A DNA stretch of 64,000 nucleotides, taken from positions 1,488,001-1,552,000 of the forward strand of contig JANJGN010000052.1 in the NCBI GenBank assembly GCA_026770705.1, given 5' to 3'. The notes below the pieces were generated by a model. That model had not been told where the DNA came from. It searched no databases and saw only the letters and a list, made by a program, of their open reading frames with translations. A program made the position numbers and the translations under genes. Each line of letters opens with the position of its first letter. Positions within the stretch are counted from its first letter, which is position 1. Of the stretch, positions 1-12,179 are shown piece by piece. Source of the stretch: Isurus oxyrinchus (lineage: Eukaryota).

Positions 1-1472
1 CAGAAGAGTGTGATAGAGAGAGATTGTGAGTGTTAGAGAGAGAATGTGTGTGTGTGAGAGAGAGAGAGATAGAGCAGAAGAGTGTGATAGAGAGAGATTG
101 TGAGTGTTAGAGAGAGAATGTGTGTGTGAGCGAGAGAGAGAGATAGAGCAGAAGAGTGCGATAGAGAGAGATTGTGAGTGTTAGAGAGAGAATGTGTGTG
201 TGTGTGAGAGAGATAGAGCAGAAGAGTGTGATAGAGAGAGATTGTGAGTGTTAGAGAGAGAATGTGTGTGTTTGTGAGAGAGAGAGAGAGATAGAGCAGA
301 AGAGTGTGATAGAGATTGTGAGTGTTAGAGAGAGAATGTGTGTGTGTGAGAGAGAGAGATAGAGCAGAAGAGTGCGATAGAGAGAGATTGTGTTTGTTAG
401 AGAGAGAATGTGTGTGTGTGTGAGAGAGAGATGCAGCAGAAGAGTGTGATAGAGAGAGATTGTGAGTGTTAGAGTGAGAATGTGTGTGTGTGAGAGAGAG
501 AGAGATAGAGCAGAAGAGTGTGATAGAGAGAGATTGTGAGTGTTAGAGAGAGAATGTGTGTGTGAGCGAGAGAGAGAGATAGAGCAGAAGAATGCGATAG
601 AGAGAGATTGTGAGTGTTAGAGAGAGAATGTGTGTGTGAAAGAGAGAGAGATAGAGCAGAAGAGTGTGATATAGAGAGATTGTGAGTGTTAGAGAGAAGA
701 TGTGTGTGTGTGTGAGAGAGATAGAGCAGAAGAGTGTGATAGAGAGAGATTGTGAGTGTTAGAGAGAGAATGTGTGTGTGAGAGAGAGATAGAGCAGAAG
801 AGTGTGATAGAGAGAGATTGTGAGTGTTAGAGAGAGAATGTGTGTGTGTGAGAGAGAGAGAGATAGAGCAGAAGAGTGTGATAGAGAGAGATTGTGAGTG
901 TTAGAGAGAGAATGTGTGTGTGAGCGAGAGAGAGAGATAGAGCAGAAGAGTGCGATAGAGAGAGATTGTGAGTGTTAGAGAGAGAATGTGTGTGTGTGTG
1001 AGAGAGATAGAGCAGAAGAGTGTGATAGAGAGAGATTGTGAGTGTTAGAGAGAGAATGTGTGTGTTTGTGAGAGAGAGAGAGAGATAGAGCAGAAGAGTG
1101 TGATAGAGATTGTGAGTGTTAGAGAGAGAATGTGTGTGTGTGAGAGAGAGAGATAGAGCAGAAGAGTGCGATAGAGAGAGATTGTGTTTGTTAGAGAGAG
1201 AATGTGTGTGTGTGTGAGAGAGAGATGCAGCAGAAGAGTGTGATAGAGAGAGATTGTGAGTGTTAGAGAGAGAATGTGTGTGTGTGTGAGAGAGAGATAG
1301 AGCAGAATAGTGCGATAGAGAGAGATTGTGAGTGTTAGAGAGAGTATGTGTGTGTGTGAGAGAGAGATAGAGCAGAAGAGTGTGATAGAGAGAGATTGTG
1401 AGTGTTAGAGAGAGAATGTGTGTGTGTGAGAGAGAGAGATAGAGCAGAAGAGTGTGATAGAGAGAGATTGTG
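1..1472. repeat. Minisatellite, ~62-68 bp unit (gatagagcagaagagtgtgatagagagagattgtgagtgttagagagagaatgtgtgtgtgtgagagaga), about 22 copies, runs off the window start
   Basis: Directly visible tandem repeat. The 827..1486 ORF is only its translation. Confidence 0.97.
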
Positions 1473-1742
1473 AGGGTTAAACACACTGAGAGAAAAAGCT
1501 GGACACCCAGCCCAGGGACTGAGGGACCAATGAATTTTTGTCATGTTTGGTGAATCGATTTGCGATGTCCATTCTGAATCTCTCCTTCCTTGTCTTGACA
1601 TTAGTTTATTCCCAGGAGCTGTTTAATTCCCTGAAATGTGACATTTAAACACAAGTTGTTGTTGTTTGAGGAAGAAACACTGGGGACAATTTCTGAAAAA
1701 GTCTCTGTCTTTATCATTTTCCATTTAGATGAGGAACTGAAG

Positions 1743-1788
1743 ATGGGAGAGGTCGGTCTGATATTGATCTTCATCAGCTTGCTGCAAG
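1743..1788 (+). CDS. Gene A signal-peptide exon MGEVGLILIFISLLQ
   Basis: Acceptor AG at 1727-1728, ATG at 1743, hydrophobic stretch, phase-1 donor CAAG|gtac. Splices in frame to VGLSQEWKG. Confidence 0.8.
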
Positions 1789-4700
1789 GTACAAATTCAT
1801 TACTGATCGGAACTCAGGGAATTGGATTCTTTCCTGGAGTGAGGAAGTGAGGATGTTTCAGAGATAGGGAAGGTTGTAGGGGGGGTTGTAGGAGCTGGAG
1901 GAGGTTACAGAGTTAGGGAGTGTTGCAGGGGCTGGAGGAGGTTACAGAGAGAGGGAGGGGAGTAGGATCTGGAGGAGGTTACAGAGATAGGGAGGGTTGT
2001 AGGGACTGAAGGAGGTTGCAGAGATATGGAGTGGAAAGGGGGTTGGAGGGATTGGGAATTGAGAATGAGAATCTTAAAATCGAGTCGTTGCTTGATTGGG
2101 AGCCGACAAAGGTCAGTGAGTGATGTGGGTGGTGGTTGGGTGGTTAAAGGTTGAGTAGAAGATCAGGAATAACAACTGGGGATGAAGTCTATCCCAATGT
2201 TAGATGTCTGATAGCGATATCCTGAAATGAGTGTCTTTTGCTGATTTTATTCAGAATTTCCCATGAAGACAACACAGCAGCTCCTAGAATAGACAGGCTG
2301 TTCAGTGTCACACTTCCTGTCCATTCTCACCATGCTAGATACTTCAATAAGGGAGCAAGTTAACTGAAAGAGAGAAGGAAGGTAAAGCTGTCCGTGTGTA
2401 AAGGTGTCAATATTCAGTTTGTATATTTGTCTTTCTCTCGACACATGCAGAACTCAGGCTAGAGGCGCTTTGTTAGTGTGTTTCACAGTGTCTGCTGGAG
2501 GAGGGTCAGTGCTGAGCTTGGGGACAAGTCAGTCTACAATGCTGCATCGGAATCAACAATACAACAATATGGTGTTTGGATCAGAAATAATCCCGTAGAC
2601 AATGAGGATCCAAAGAGATTCCTCAGACAATGAGGATCCAAAGAGATTCTTCAGACAATGAAGATACAAAGAGCACCAATCAGATTGAATCAGATTAGCC
2701 AATCAGCTGTGTTGAAGAGCAGACAGGAATGTTAGGCTAATTAGTGATTCATGACGGTGATAATGGGGGGAGTTCTGAGGGCTCCTAATCCATTGTCCTG
2801 TCTTGTAAATCAGCACTGAATGGATCTCAATTGGTGCGTCTTGTAGACAATGTGTTGGGTGGAAGACTGGCTTCACTAAACAGGGTCCTGAGGAACATGA
2901 GCCAATGTAGAATGAACTTGTCCACTCCTGTGTCCAGGATTCTCTTCCATCCATTGTGAAACCTTGGGGAGTTCCTTGTGTATCCTGTAGATGGTCCACA
3001 CTGCAGCCACTGTGCCCCAGTGATGGAGGGAGTGGATATCGAGTCTAGTGGATCTACAAACCATCCAGAGTTAAATATTGATATTTCTCTCCCCAGTTGG
3101 ACTGTCACAAGAGTGGAAAGGTGACACTCCACGAGAGATGACAGCGCAGGAAAGTTTGTGTGTACAGATTCCGTGTCATTACAGTTATCCATCAGAGTTG
3201 GAAAACCAACCGCGAGGTGGAGTCTGGTTTAATAATGAGAAACAGATTCCCTGGGCTCCCATTGCCTTTCACTCCAAGGATCACAGTCACGAGTTACCAC
3301 GGTTCCACCATCGGACCCGGCTGTCTGGAGACCTGAAAGATGGTGACTGTTCTCTGATTATAAACAACATCAGACGGGAAGATGCAGGACCTTATTTTTT
3401 CAGAATAGAATTTGACAATGGTCCGAGCCATAACTATTACCCTGTAACCCAGCTTCACGTTTCTGGTAAGTGCTGTGTTATAATTACTCAACAATTCACA
3501 TTCAACACTCAATGGGAAATAACACAAACTGTGACGTTTACATATTAACACAAAATACAGTTTATTATAACAGACTGTCTGATTCTCAATAACTGGGTGA
3601 TAGCTTCCAGTTCAGTCCTAAAGCAACCTCTAATACTCACTTTAATATCAATGATTAAATGTATTGACTGTGTCCATCAATGTTATCAGGTTATCCACTC
3701 CCATTAGTCTCTCTAATGCTTTTGAAATGTCTAACAATTTGACAAAAGAAGGATGTGCATTCCTATAGCGCCTTACAACACCTCAGCAAACTTCAAATCA
3801 TTTCATAGACAATGAAGAAATTCTTGAAGTATAGTCACTAACGTGGCAGTGAGTTTGTGCACAGGAAGCTCCCACAGAGGGCAATGGGATCAGTGACCCA
3901 GATCTCTGAGAGAATGATGAGCCAGGGTTCCATGAGCTGTGGGCTGCTCCATCACCCACACCCCAGTGTTGTCAATTCAAGGGTCTGGGAGTGAAAGTGT
4001 ATTCAGCTCAGTGACACATTCCCCACCAAGTTTGAAAATAGGTAAGTTGCTGCTGATTGTTGTTACCTCTCAGTTCCCATCTCATCCTTGGAAACCTGCT
4101 TTCAAAATACAAAAGCAAGTCTCACATTTCCATAGCGCCTTTCACCACCTCAGGACGATCCTAAATCAATTCACAGTCAATGAAGTGATTCTTGAAGCAC
4201 ACATTCTCCCCACTCTCTGGTTAAAGAAGTTTCTCCTGAATTCCCCATTGGATTTATTAGTGAGGATCTTATATTGTCAGCCTCTGGTTTTGTTCATTGT
4301 GAGGAATGGAAACACTCTCTCCATGTCTACTCGATCAAAACCTTTCACTACTTCAAAGATCAAATGAGGTCACCCCTCAACCTTCTCTGTTCAAGAGAAC
4401 AGAGACCCAGCCTGTTCAGCCTCTCCTGATAGGTAAAGCCTCACATTGCTGAGATCATCCTTGTGAAGCTTTTTACCACCCTCTCCAGTGTCTCCATATC
4501 CATTTCCAAATGCTGAGTCTGCTCTCCCCGAGCTGTGAGCTGTTCCTCCACCCTCACCCAGTCTGGTCAAATCAAGGGTCACTGAGTGAGAGTGTATTAA
4601 TCTGAGTGACAGAGATTCAACAAGTGTAAAAATAGACAATTCTTAAATGATCATTGTAACCTCTCAGTTCTGATATCATCCTTGTAAAAGTGCTTTCTCT

Positions 4701-7700
4701 TGTGGGACTGTGGTTTCTATTTGAACTGATGCTTCACGTTATATTTCTCTAAAAGGATCCATTCTCTGTGTGTTAGATTTCACAGATAAACCCACGATAT
4801 TCCCTGCTGAAATTATTGCAGGAAAGCGTGTGGATGTAAGCTGCACCTTCAACACAACGTGCAATGGAACAGCAGCACCTGTCTTAACCTGGGACACTCC
4901 CACTGACGTACCTGGATCAGTCTCAAACACTGTAACTCAGCATGGTGTCACTCTGACCTATACTTCTGTTCTGACCCTGATCCCATCACTCAAACACCAC
5001 GGACACACTCTCAGCTGCAGATTGAGATATCCATCTGTTTCATCGAAGCGGACCCTCGTAATGACTGTGCTATGTAAGTACAAACACCCTTCATTCTACA
5101 TTAGCTGGAATAGTATCAAATGTGCACAGCAAGCTCCCACATACTGCACTTTGTTTACCAACAAACCATTGGTGTTTCACTGGTAAAAAGTGACCCCTGA
5201 CAGGCAGTACATCCTTACTACTGACTCTCCGACAGTGCATCATGGACTCATAGACTCATAGACACATAGACAGAAGGAGGCCATTTAGCCCATCATGTCC
5301 ATGCTGGTCAGCAACTCCCTCCCCAAGTGCATCACCTCACACTTTTCCAGGTTGAATTCCATTTGCGTCGTGATCATTCCCCCTATATTTAATTCCAATT
5401 CATTTATATACACCACAAACAGCAAGTGCCCCAGCACTGAGCCCTGTGGAACCCCACTGGAAACAGACATCCAGTCACAGAAACATCCCTCCACCATCAC
5501 CCTCTTCTTCCTGCCTCAGCCAATATTGGATCCAACGTGCCACTTTGCCTTGGATCCCATGGGCTCTTACTTTCTTGGCCTCTCTGCCAAGAGGCACCTG
5601 ATCAAAAGCCTTCCTCAGCCCATGTCGACCACATCAAAGGCATTACTCTCATCAACACTCCTGGTTACCTCCTCAAAAGATTTGATCAGGTTTGTCAAAC
5701 ATGACCTTCCCTTAACAAATCCATGCTGAATATCCCAGATTAATCCTTGTCTCTCCCAGTGCAGATTCATTCTGTCCTTCAGAATTCTTACTAGTAACTT
5801 CCCCACCACCGAGGTTAGACTGACTGGCCTGTAATTTCCTGATCTATCCCTTCCTCCCTTTTTTAATAATGGGACAACATTAGCCATCCTCCAGTCCTCT
5901 GGCACCTCACCTGTGGCCAGAGAGGATTTGAAAATTACTGCCAGGGCCCCTGATATCTCTTCCCTTTCCTCCCTCAACAGCTTTGGATTCATCTCATCCA
6001 GGCTTGTGGATTTATCCACTTTTCAGGCCATTAAACCCACTAGTACCTCCTCTCTCTATGTTAATTTCCTCTCATATTTCACTGTCCTCCACCCTGATGT
6101 TATACCTGCATCATCCTTTTCCATTGTGAAGACTGATGCAAAGTATTCATTGAGGACTGTACCCACGTCTTCCAGGTCCACACACACATTACCTCGATGG
6201 TCCCTAATCAGCCCCACTCTTTCCCGAGTTATTCTGCTGCTCTTTACATATTTAAAAAAACCCTCTGGATTTTGCTTTATTCTACCCACCTGTGTTTTCT
6301 CATGCACTCTCTTATCTTTCCTAATGTCCTTTTTCAGTTCCCCTCTGCACTATTTATACTCCTCTAGGGACTCTGCTGTATTGAGCCCTCAGTATCTGCC
6401 ATAAGCTTCTCTTTTTTCTCAATCCTAACCTTTATGTTCCTTGTCTTCCAGGGTTCTCCAGACTTGGTCTCCCTCTTTGTCTTTACAGGAAGATATCTGC
6501 TCTGTACTCTCGCTATTCCCTCCTTGAATGCCTCCCACTGCTCTGATACAGTTTTATCTGCAAAGAGCTTCTCCCAGTCCACTTGGGCCCAATCATATCT
6601 CATCTTAGTAAAATTAGCCTTTCCCCAGTTTAGAATTTTTATTCCCAGCACAAACTTATCCTTCTCCATAACTGTCCTAAATCCAATTGAGTTACAGTCA
6701 CCATCTCCCCTACTGATACGCTTTCCACCTTCCCCGGCGCTTTTCCATATATTACGTCCAGAACTGTCCCCTCCCTTGTTGAGCTTTCTATGCACAGGCT
6801 AAAAATCTTCTCCTGGATGCAACTTCAGAATTTTTCTCCCTCCCTACCTTGCTCACTAAAGCTGTCCCAATTAATATTTGGGTAGTTAAAATCCCTGAGT
6901 ATTACTGCTTTATTATTCTTACACATCTCTGAAATGTGATCACATGTTGGATTGTCCATCTCTCCCTGACTGTTTGTTGGTTTTATATCTTGAGTCTATG
7001 AGTTCACTGGTTGATTAAACTCGAATTGCACTCCTTCATATACACTTGTTAGTTGATAAAAACAAAAAAAATCAACTCTTTTCTTCTCCCCCGATGCTGC
7101 CAGACCTGTTGAGTTATTCTTAGCTGATGCTCGCTATCAATAACCAAGAGAGACCAACATTAGAACAAGCTGATTATTTATTGTAACAGAGGGCAGAGCA
7201 CTAAATCCTTGCCTGCTCCCACCGCCACCTCCAGCTCTAGACTTACAGTTAACCAGTGGCCCACACTGTCCAGTGATTGGTCAGTACTGTCACATGGTTT
7301 ATCCACTTGTATTCTCTTAAAGGTACCTGGCACTCCACATTATCACAGGAGGCCTATAGTACACACATAACAGCGTGTTTGCCTCCTCAGCACTGACCCG
7401 TCTACAGTGCAGCATTTCCCTCATTACTGACTCTCTAACAGTGTAATGATCCCTCAGTAGTGCTCCTCCAACATTGCACTGGTCAATCAGAACTGACGCT
7501 CTGACTGTGCAGTTTTACCTCAGCAGTAACCCTCCTACAGTGCAGCGCTCCCACAGTACTGTCCCTCCTACAGTGCAGCACTCCCTCAGGACTGACCCTC
7601 CTACAGTGCAGCACTCCCTCAGAAGCGAACATTTGACAGTGCAGCACTACTTCAGTACTGACCCTCCAACAGTGCAGATCTCCCTCACTACTGACCCTCC

Positions 7701-10049
7701 GACAGTGCAGCACCCCCTCAGGACTGACCCTCTGACAGTGCAGCACGCCCTCAGTACTGACCCTCTGACAGTGCAGCACGCCCTCAATACTGAACTGAAG
7801 TGTCTGCCTGGATTACGGGCTATGTGGTGAAAGAGCTTACATTGACATCACACCTTTCACATTCTCAGTGTCTTTCAAAGTGCTTCACAGTCAGTGTAAG
7901 TTAACTGATCTGTATTTGTTTTTAGATGCTCCACGGAATCTCTCAATTACTTCTCCAGATATGATTAACGCTTCATCGATCAATATAATTGAGGGGAATT
8001 CTGCAGTGATAATCTGCTCTGTCGAGAGCTTCCCAGCTTCTAACCTGATGTGGCGACATCTTAATGTCCCAATGAACAGAACAAGTTCCAACAATGAGCT
8101 GTGGTTGGTGATTCCTCACGTTACATCCAGGGATACTGGAGAATATCAGTGTGTGGCAGAGAATGAACATGGAGCAGTGGAGGGGTTCCTAACCATTACT
8201 GTGGAACGTGAGTGTACACAGACTTTAATATTTCTCTCATCTCCGAACACATATACTCAGATGCTCTCCCACACACACACAAGCACTCACAAATGTACAG
8301 ACCCAAAGTGCATGCACACACACAATCCCACACTCATGAGCACACAGAAAGACACACTCACACACAAACACAGTAGTACACACTTCCCTGTGAGTTACCT
8401 GACCTCCCTCAGTACTGCACTGGAGAGTTCTCCTGGATTCTGGGATATGTGTTCCCATTCATATTTATCGAAGAATATCCAAATTACAAAGTCTATTCCA
8501 GAAACTCACATGCACAAAGATTCCAACAGATACTCCCCACCTCTCCGTGTATCTCTCTCCTCCTTTAAGAAGCTTCCTAATCCCTAACTCTTGCCTGTCC
8601 TAACTCCTCCTTATAATGCCCTGTGTCAAATATTTTGTGTATCTGAGAGAAAGGGAGAGATAAGGAAGTTTAGGAAGGGATTTCCTGTTAGTGAAGAGCT
8701 TACTTCTTTTTCTCACCTTTCCAGTGTTCAGTTTTGCCATCATGTCCAATGACCCTGTTTATAATGGGGGCCTCCTATGTAAACGTCACACTGTCTTTAC
8801 ATCCTCCCACCAGTGGTGGCACTGTGGTGCTTAACCTTGCACCTCCCAGCTTTTCAGCCAACGTCACTTCCCAATTTGCTACACATGCTGTAAGTTCATC
8901 AAAATTAACTTATATATCAAATGGTAGATGTGATAATTCATTTTATTGAAAGGTTCATCCGCGCTCTGGGAAAGGTTTGCACTCTCCAGGAAGCAGGAAT
9001 AGGCTGGATGTTGGGGAGTTCATCTTTTCCCAGAGAGTAGGGATCCTCGGGAATGTGCTGTCAGTGGGTGTGGTGGTTGCTGTCTCTCTGTTGCCTTCAA
9101 GAGGGATCTGGAGTGGTTACTGACTGGGGGAGAGATCATGGAAGCAGAGAATGATACAGCACAGGAGGAGGCCATTCAGCCCATTGTGCATGTGCCAGGT
9201 CTTTCAATGTTCTATCCAATCAGATCCACTAACCACCACTCCACTTTGCCCCCATCTTCTTCCTTCAAGTGTTTATCCAATTTCCCTTTTGAAAGTTCCT
9301 ATTGAATCTGCTTCCACCGCCCTTTCAGGCAGCACCTTCCAGATCACAACAACTCGCTCTGTCAAAACAAATTCTCCTCATCTCCCCCTCCAGTTCGTCA
9401 ATCTGTGTCCCTCTGGTTACCGACCCTCCTGCCCCTTAAATACATCGATCCTGTTCACCTCAACCACTCCCTGTGGGAGCGAGTTCCACATTCTCCCCTC
9501 TCTCTGGGTAAAGATTGGAACTGTTTATTAAGCGGGGGGTGTAAGTCCGTGGGGGAGTCCATCTCGATCCTGCCCGATTCGCACACGCGTCCGAGATGGA
9601 TTTCCACCCTGCACTAAACGTTTCCAGAATTTTCTACAGCACAATCCTGTACACAGCGATGGAGAGAAACATTGGACAGGGAGTCCAACAGCACAATGAT
9701 CCATTCTCACCAATGTTCCACGCTAAGGGGAAAGTTCCGATTGTCCACTCTTAGAGTGTTTACAATGAAAACATTCATTCCACATTGAATCCCAGTGGAT
9801 GGGTCAATATTACAGCAAATGTTGCAGTGATATGAAGCTTGATTGTTCAGCCAGAGTGAGAGATTGAAAGCAGAGAGTCAGTGATGATTTCTTTCTGTGT
9901 GTTCTCTAGACAGTGGAGGAGAGATTCTGCACGTGATCCTGATCCTGGGAATACGAGCTGTGATATTCCTTGTGGCTGTGGTTATCACTATCGCTGGAGT
10001 CTGTGTCTGGGAGAGACAAACAGTGAAAGGAAGTCGACAGACTGTTTGA
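1743..10049 (+). CDS. Gene A: Siglec-like receptor, activating type (leader, V-set, 2 C2-set, TM with Arg, short tail); exons 1743-1788, 3097-3465, 4777-5073, 7926-8207, 9910-10049; ~377 aa
   Basis: All introns are GT..AG and phase 1. Exon lengths sum to 1134 nt, open to TGA at 10047-10049. Siglec V-set hallmarks are present (CVQIPC, DCSL, YFFR). Confidence 0.88.
1850..2060. repeat. ~37-bp purine-rich tandem repeat (gagatagggagggttgtaggggctggaggaggttaca); inverse array at ~13690-14010
   Basis: Visible degenerate tandem copies. Confidence 0.75.
3097..3465 (+). CDS. Gene A V-set Ig exon (sialic-acid-binding domain)
   Basis: cccag|TTGGA acceptor, TCTG|gtaag donor. N-terminal Trp, CVQIPCHYSYP, GDCSL, GPYFFR with the essential Arg at 3402-3404, as in CD33/MAG/sialoadhesin V domains. 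Confidence 0.95.
4190..4505 (-). mobile_element. CR1-like LINE 3' fragment
   Basis: Similar to the CR1 3' ends at 10150-10770 and 57400-57910. Confidence 0.55.
4777..5073 (+). CDS. Gene A C2-set domain 2 exon
   Basis: ttag|ATTTC ... CTAT|gtaag, 297 nt. SCTFNTTCNG..PVLTW carries the extra Cys used for the V-C2 interdomain disulfide in Siglecs. Confidence 0.93.
5245..6978 (-). mobile_element. Degenerate CR1 LINE ORF2 (reverse transcriptase region)
   Basis: Minus ORFs contain WRMANVVPLLKKG..GNYRPVSLTSVVGKLL, QHGFVKGRSCLTNL and SGVPQGSVLG. Confidence 0.92.
6980..7347 (-). mobile_element. Solo LTR of the Gypsy-like element found at 18503-20488
   Basis: Matches both LTRs of the gene B element and sits at the same position inside the shared CR1. 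Confidence 0.75.
7385..7795. repeat. 33-bp minisatellite (cagtgcagcactccctcagtactgaccctccga)
   Basis: Tandem copies; they produce the spurious TVQHSLSTDPP ORFs. Confidence 0.92.
7926..8207 (+). CDS. Gene A membrane-proximal C2/I-set exon
   Basis: ttttag|ATGCT ... GAAC|gtgag, 282 nt. IICSVESFP..W..DTGEYQCVAEN.HG. Confidence 0.93.
9910..10049 (+). CDS. Gene A terminal TM exon HSGGEILHVILILGIRAVIFLVAVVITIAGVCVWERQTVKGSRQTV*
   Basis: Pyrimidine tract plus ctctag acceptor (9908-9909). The phase-1 reading gives a hydrophobic helix with Arg (CGA 9954-9956) and a stop at 10047. Absent from the ORF track, which shows a different frame. Confidence 0.85.
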
Positions 10050-10149
10050 AGCTTTGTACAGCAACAATCTGGTCAGTCAGTGCGGACAAATAACGTGTGA
10101 TGTTGTGTTAAGTTGTAAAGAAACTGGTCAGTGTCCTGGTTAGAATCAC

Positions 10150-10770
10150 CTTCGTATCAGAGAGGCATTCCAGCACAGTGGGAGCCCATTCAGCCCATTG
10201 AGTCTATGCTGTCTCTCTGTAGAGCAATCCAGTCAGTCCCATTCCCCCGCTTTATCCCCGTATCCCTGTGAGTTTATTTCTAAGTGTCCGTCCAATTTCC
10301 TTTTGAAATCATTCATCGTCTCCGCTTCCACCATCCTCGTAGGCAGCGAATTCCAGCTCATTACCACTCGCTGTGTAAAAAAGTTCCTCCTCACATCCCC
10401 CCCCGCCCAAAACCTTCAATCTGTGTCCCCCAGTCCTTGTCCCATCAGCTAATGGCAACAGCTTCTCTTCGTCTACCTGATCTAAACCCATCATCATCTT
10501 GTACACCTCGATCAGATCCCCCCTCAATCTCCTTTGCTCCAAGGAGAACAACCCCAGCTTCTCCAGCCCAACCTTGTAGCTAAAATCCCTCATCCCTGGA
10601 CCCCTTCTGCTCAATCTCCTCCCCACCCTCTCAAGGACCCTCACTTCCTTCCCAAAGTGAGGAGACCAGAACTGGACACAATACTCTAGTTGTGACCTAA
10701 CCAGAGCTTTATAAATGTTCAGCATAACCTCCCTGTGTTTGTTCTCAATCCCTCGATTTATGAAAAGCTT
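10150..10770 (-). mobile_element. CR1 LINE 3' end
   Basis: ORF with YKALVRSQLEYCVQFWSPH and GLFSLEQRRLRGDLIEVYK. Confidence 0.92.
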
Positions 10771-11121
10771 ATTCTTTCCATCAGCACAAACAGCAATTTC
10801 CAAGCTGACTCCCATCAGCAGACAGAGTGCAATGAAACATCGGCATGCCTGCTTCTTAATGTACGGAGAGAAACCTGGAACGAGAGATTCTCCTTCTTCT
10901 CCTCAGCAAGCTGAAACTTTTCCTTATACCTGGTGCTCCCCAGTCCTGCTGTGTGGACACATCATAACCACGGCATTGTCTGGCTGTGTGCAGCCAACAT
11001 GGACGAATAGGAATGAACAGAAATGTGACGTTGCTAAACTCTGTTCTCTGATTGGAATGTGCTTTCTGAATGCTGCACCTTTTTCATGCTGCGATAGATT
11101 GTAAGAAGCATTTGGGTTATG

Positions 11122-11127
11122 AATAAA
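11122..11127 (+). terminator. Candidate polyadenylation signal for gene A
   Basis: AATAAA inside a 3' block shared with genes B and C. Confidence 0.4.
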
Positions 11128-11469
11128 ATTACATTGATTAACTCAAGTGATTAAAATGCTCAGCCTGTTCTGTAGATACTTATGGATTAAAATTCTTATT
11201 TTGCTGCCAGATTCTTGGCTCAAAGACATTACTTCATGTTGTCACTTTTTCCAGTCAGATGAATTCCTGTGCCCATCTTTATAATGGAAATTTTCAATGT
11301 AAACACGTCACATTGCAGCTGCACACAATTGCCAGTGGGTGGTGTGATATCAAAGCTGCCTTGCTGCTCAGAAAAAGAGAGAAATATTCCTGATAAATGC
11401 ATGAACTTCATGTGTGCATCAGACACTGACATCAGATGCAATTTTGTGCAATTTGTGCAATGTATTTTA

Positions 11470-12005
11470 GACAGTGCAGCACTCCCTCAGTTCAGACCCT
11501 CCAACAGTGCAGCACTCCCTCAGTTTAGACCCTCCAGCAGTGCAGCACTCCCTCAGTTCAGGCCCTCCGACAGTGCAGCACTGCGTTAGTTTAGACCCTC
11601 CTACAGTGCAGCAATCCCTCAGTTTATACCTTTCAACAGTGCAGCACTCCCTCAGTTCAGACCCTCCAACAGTGCAGCACTCTCTCAGTTTAGACCCTCC
11701 AACAGTGCAGCACTACCTCAGTTCTGACCGGCCGACAGTGCAGCACTCCCTCAGTTCAGACCCTCCAACACTGCAGCACTCCCTCAGTTCTGACCGGCCG
11801 ACAGTGCAGCACTCCCTCAGTGCCAACACTCTGACAGTGCAGAACTCCCTCAGAGCTGTCCCTCAAACAGAGCAGCACTCCCTCGCTGCTTATCCTCCAT
11901 CAGTGCAGCACACCTCAATACTGACGCGCCAACAGTGCAGCACTCCCTCAGTACTGACCCTCTGACAGGGTAGCACTCCAACAATACTGACCCTCTGACA
12001 GTGCA
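11470..12005. repeat. 33-bp minisatellite array
   Basis: Same unit as 7385-7795. Confidence 0.92.
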
Positions 12006-12179
12006 GAACATGCTTATTATTTATCCTCCAACAGCATTTTTAAATATAAACCCTCAGAGCCATGGTAGAAATTTGAAGTTAACAAACAGCAAACAGAAAG
12101 ATCACAGAGTCATGATGAATTGCCAACAGTTTGATTCTGTTGTAACGCATTGTGAAATTACTCACTCACTCCTACTGCC

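Noticed and set aside
827-1486. 219-aa minus ORF rich in S/L/H/T
   Set aside because: Translation of the minisatellite; no coding features.
2830-3096. Conserved block upstream of all three V exons as a possible extra exon
   Set aside because: The minus strand reads HSLHHWGTVAAVWTIYRIH, a remnant of the L2-type LINE carried along by duplication.
3097-3465. Rearranging Ig/TCR/NAR V segment
   Set aside because: No heptamer/nonamer signal after the exon. The domain ends in a splice donor and has the Siglec Cys/Arg pattern rather than YYC.
9881-10093. ORF-track peptide MMISFCVFSRQW...
   Set aside because: Wrong frame; the splice phase selects the overlapping TM-encoding frame.
11470-12005. CRISPR-like appearance of the 33-bp repeats
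   Set aside because: No unique spacers, no cas genes, and the DNA is eukaryotic.
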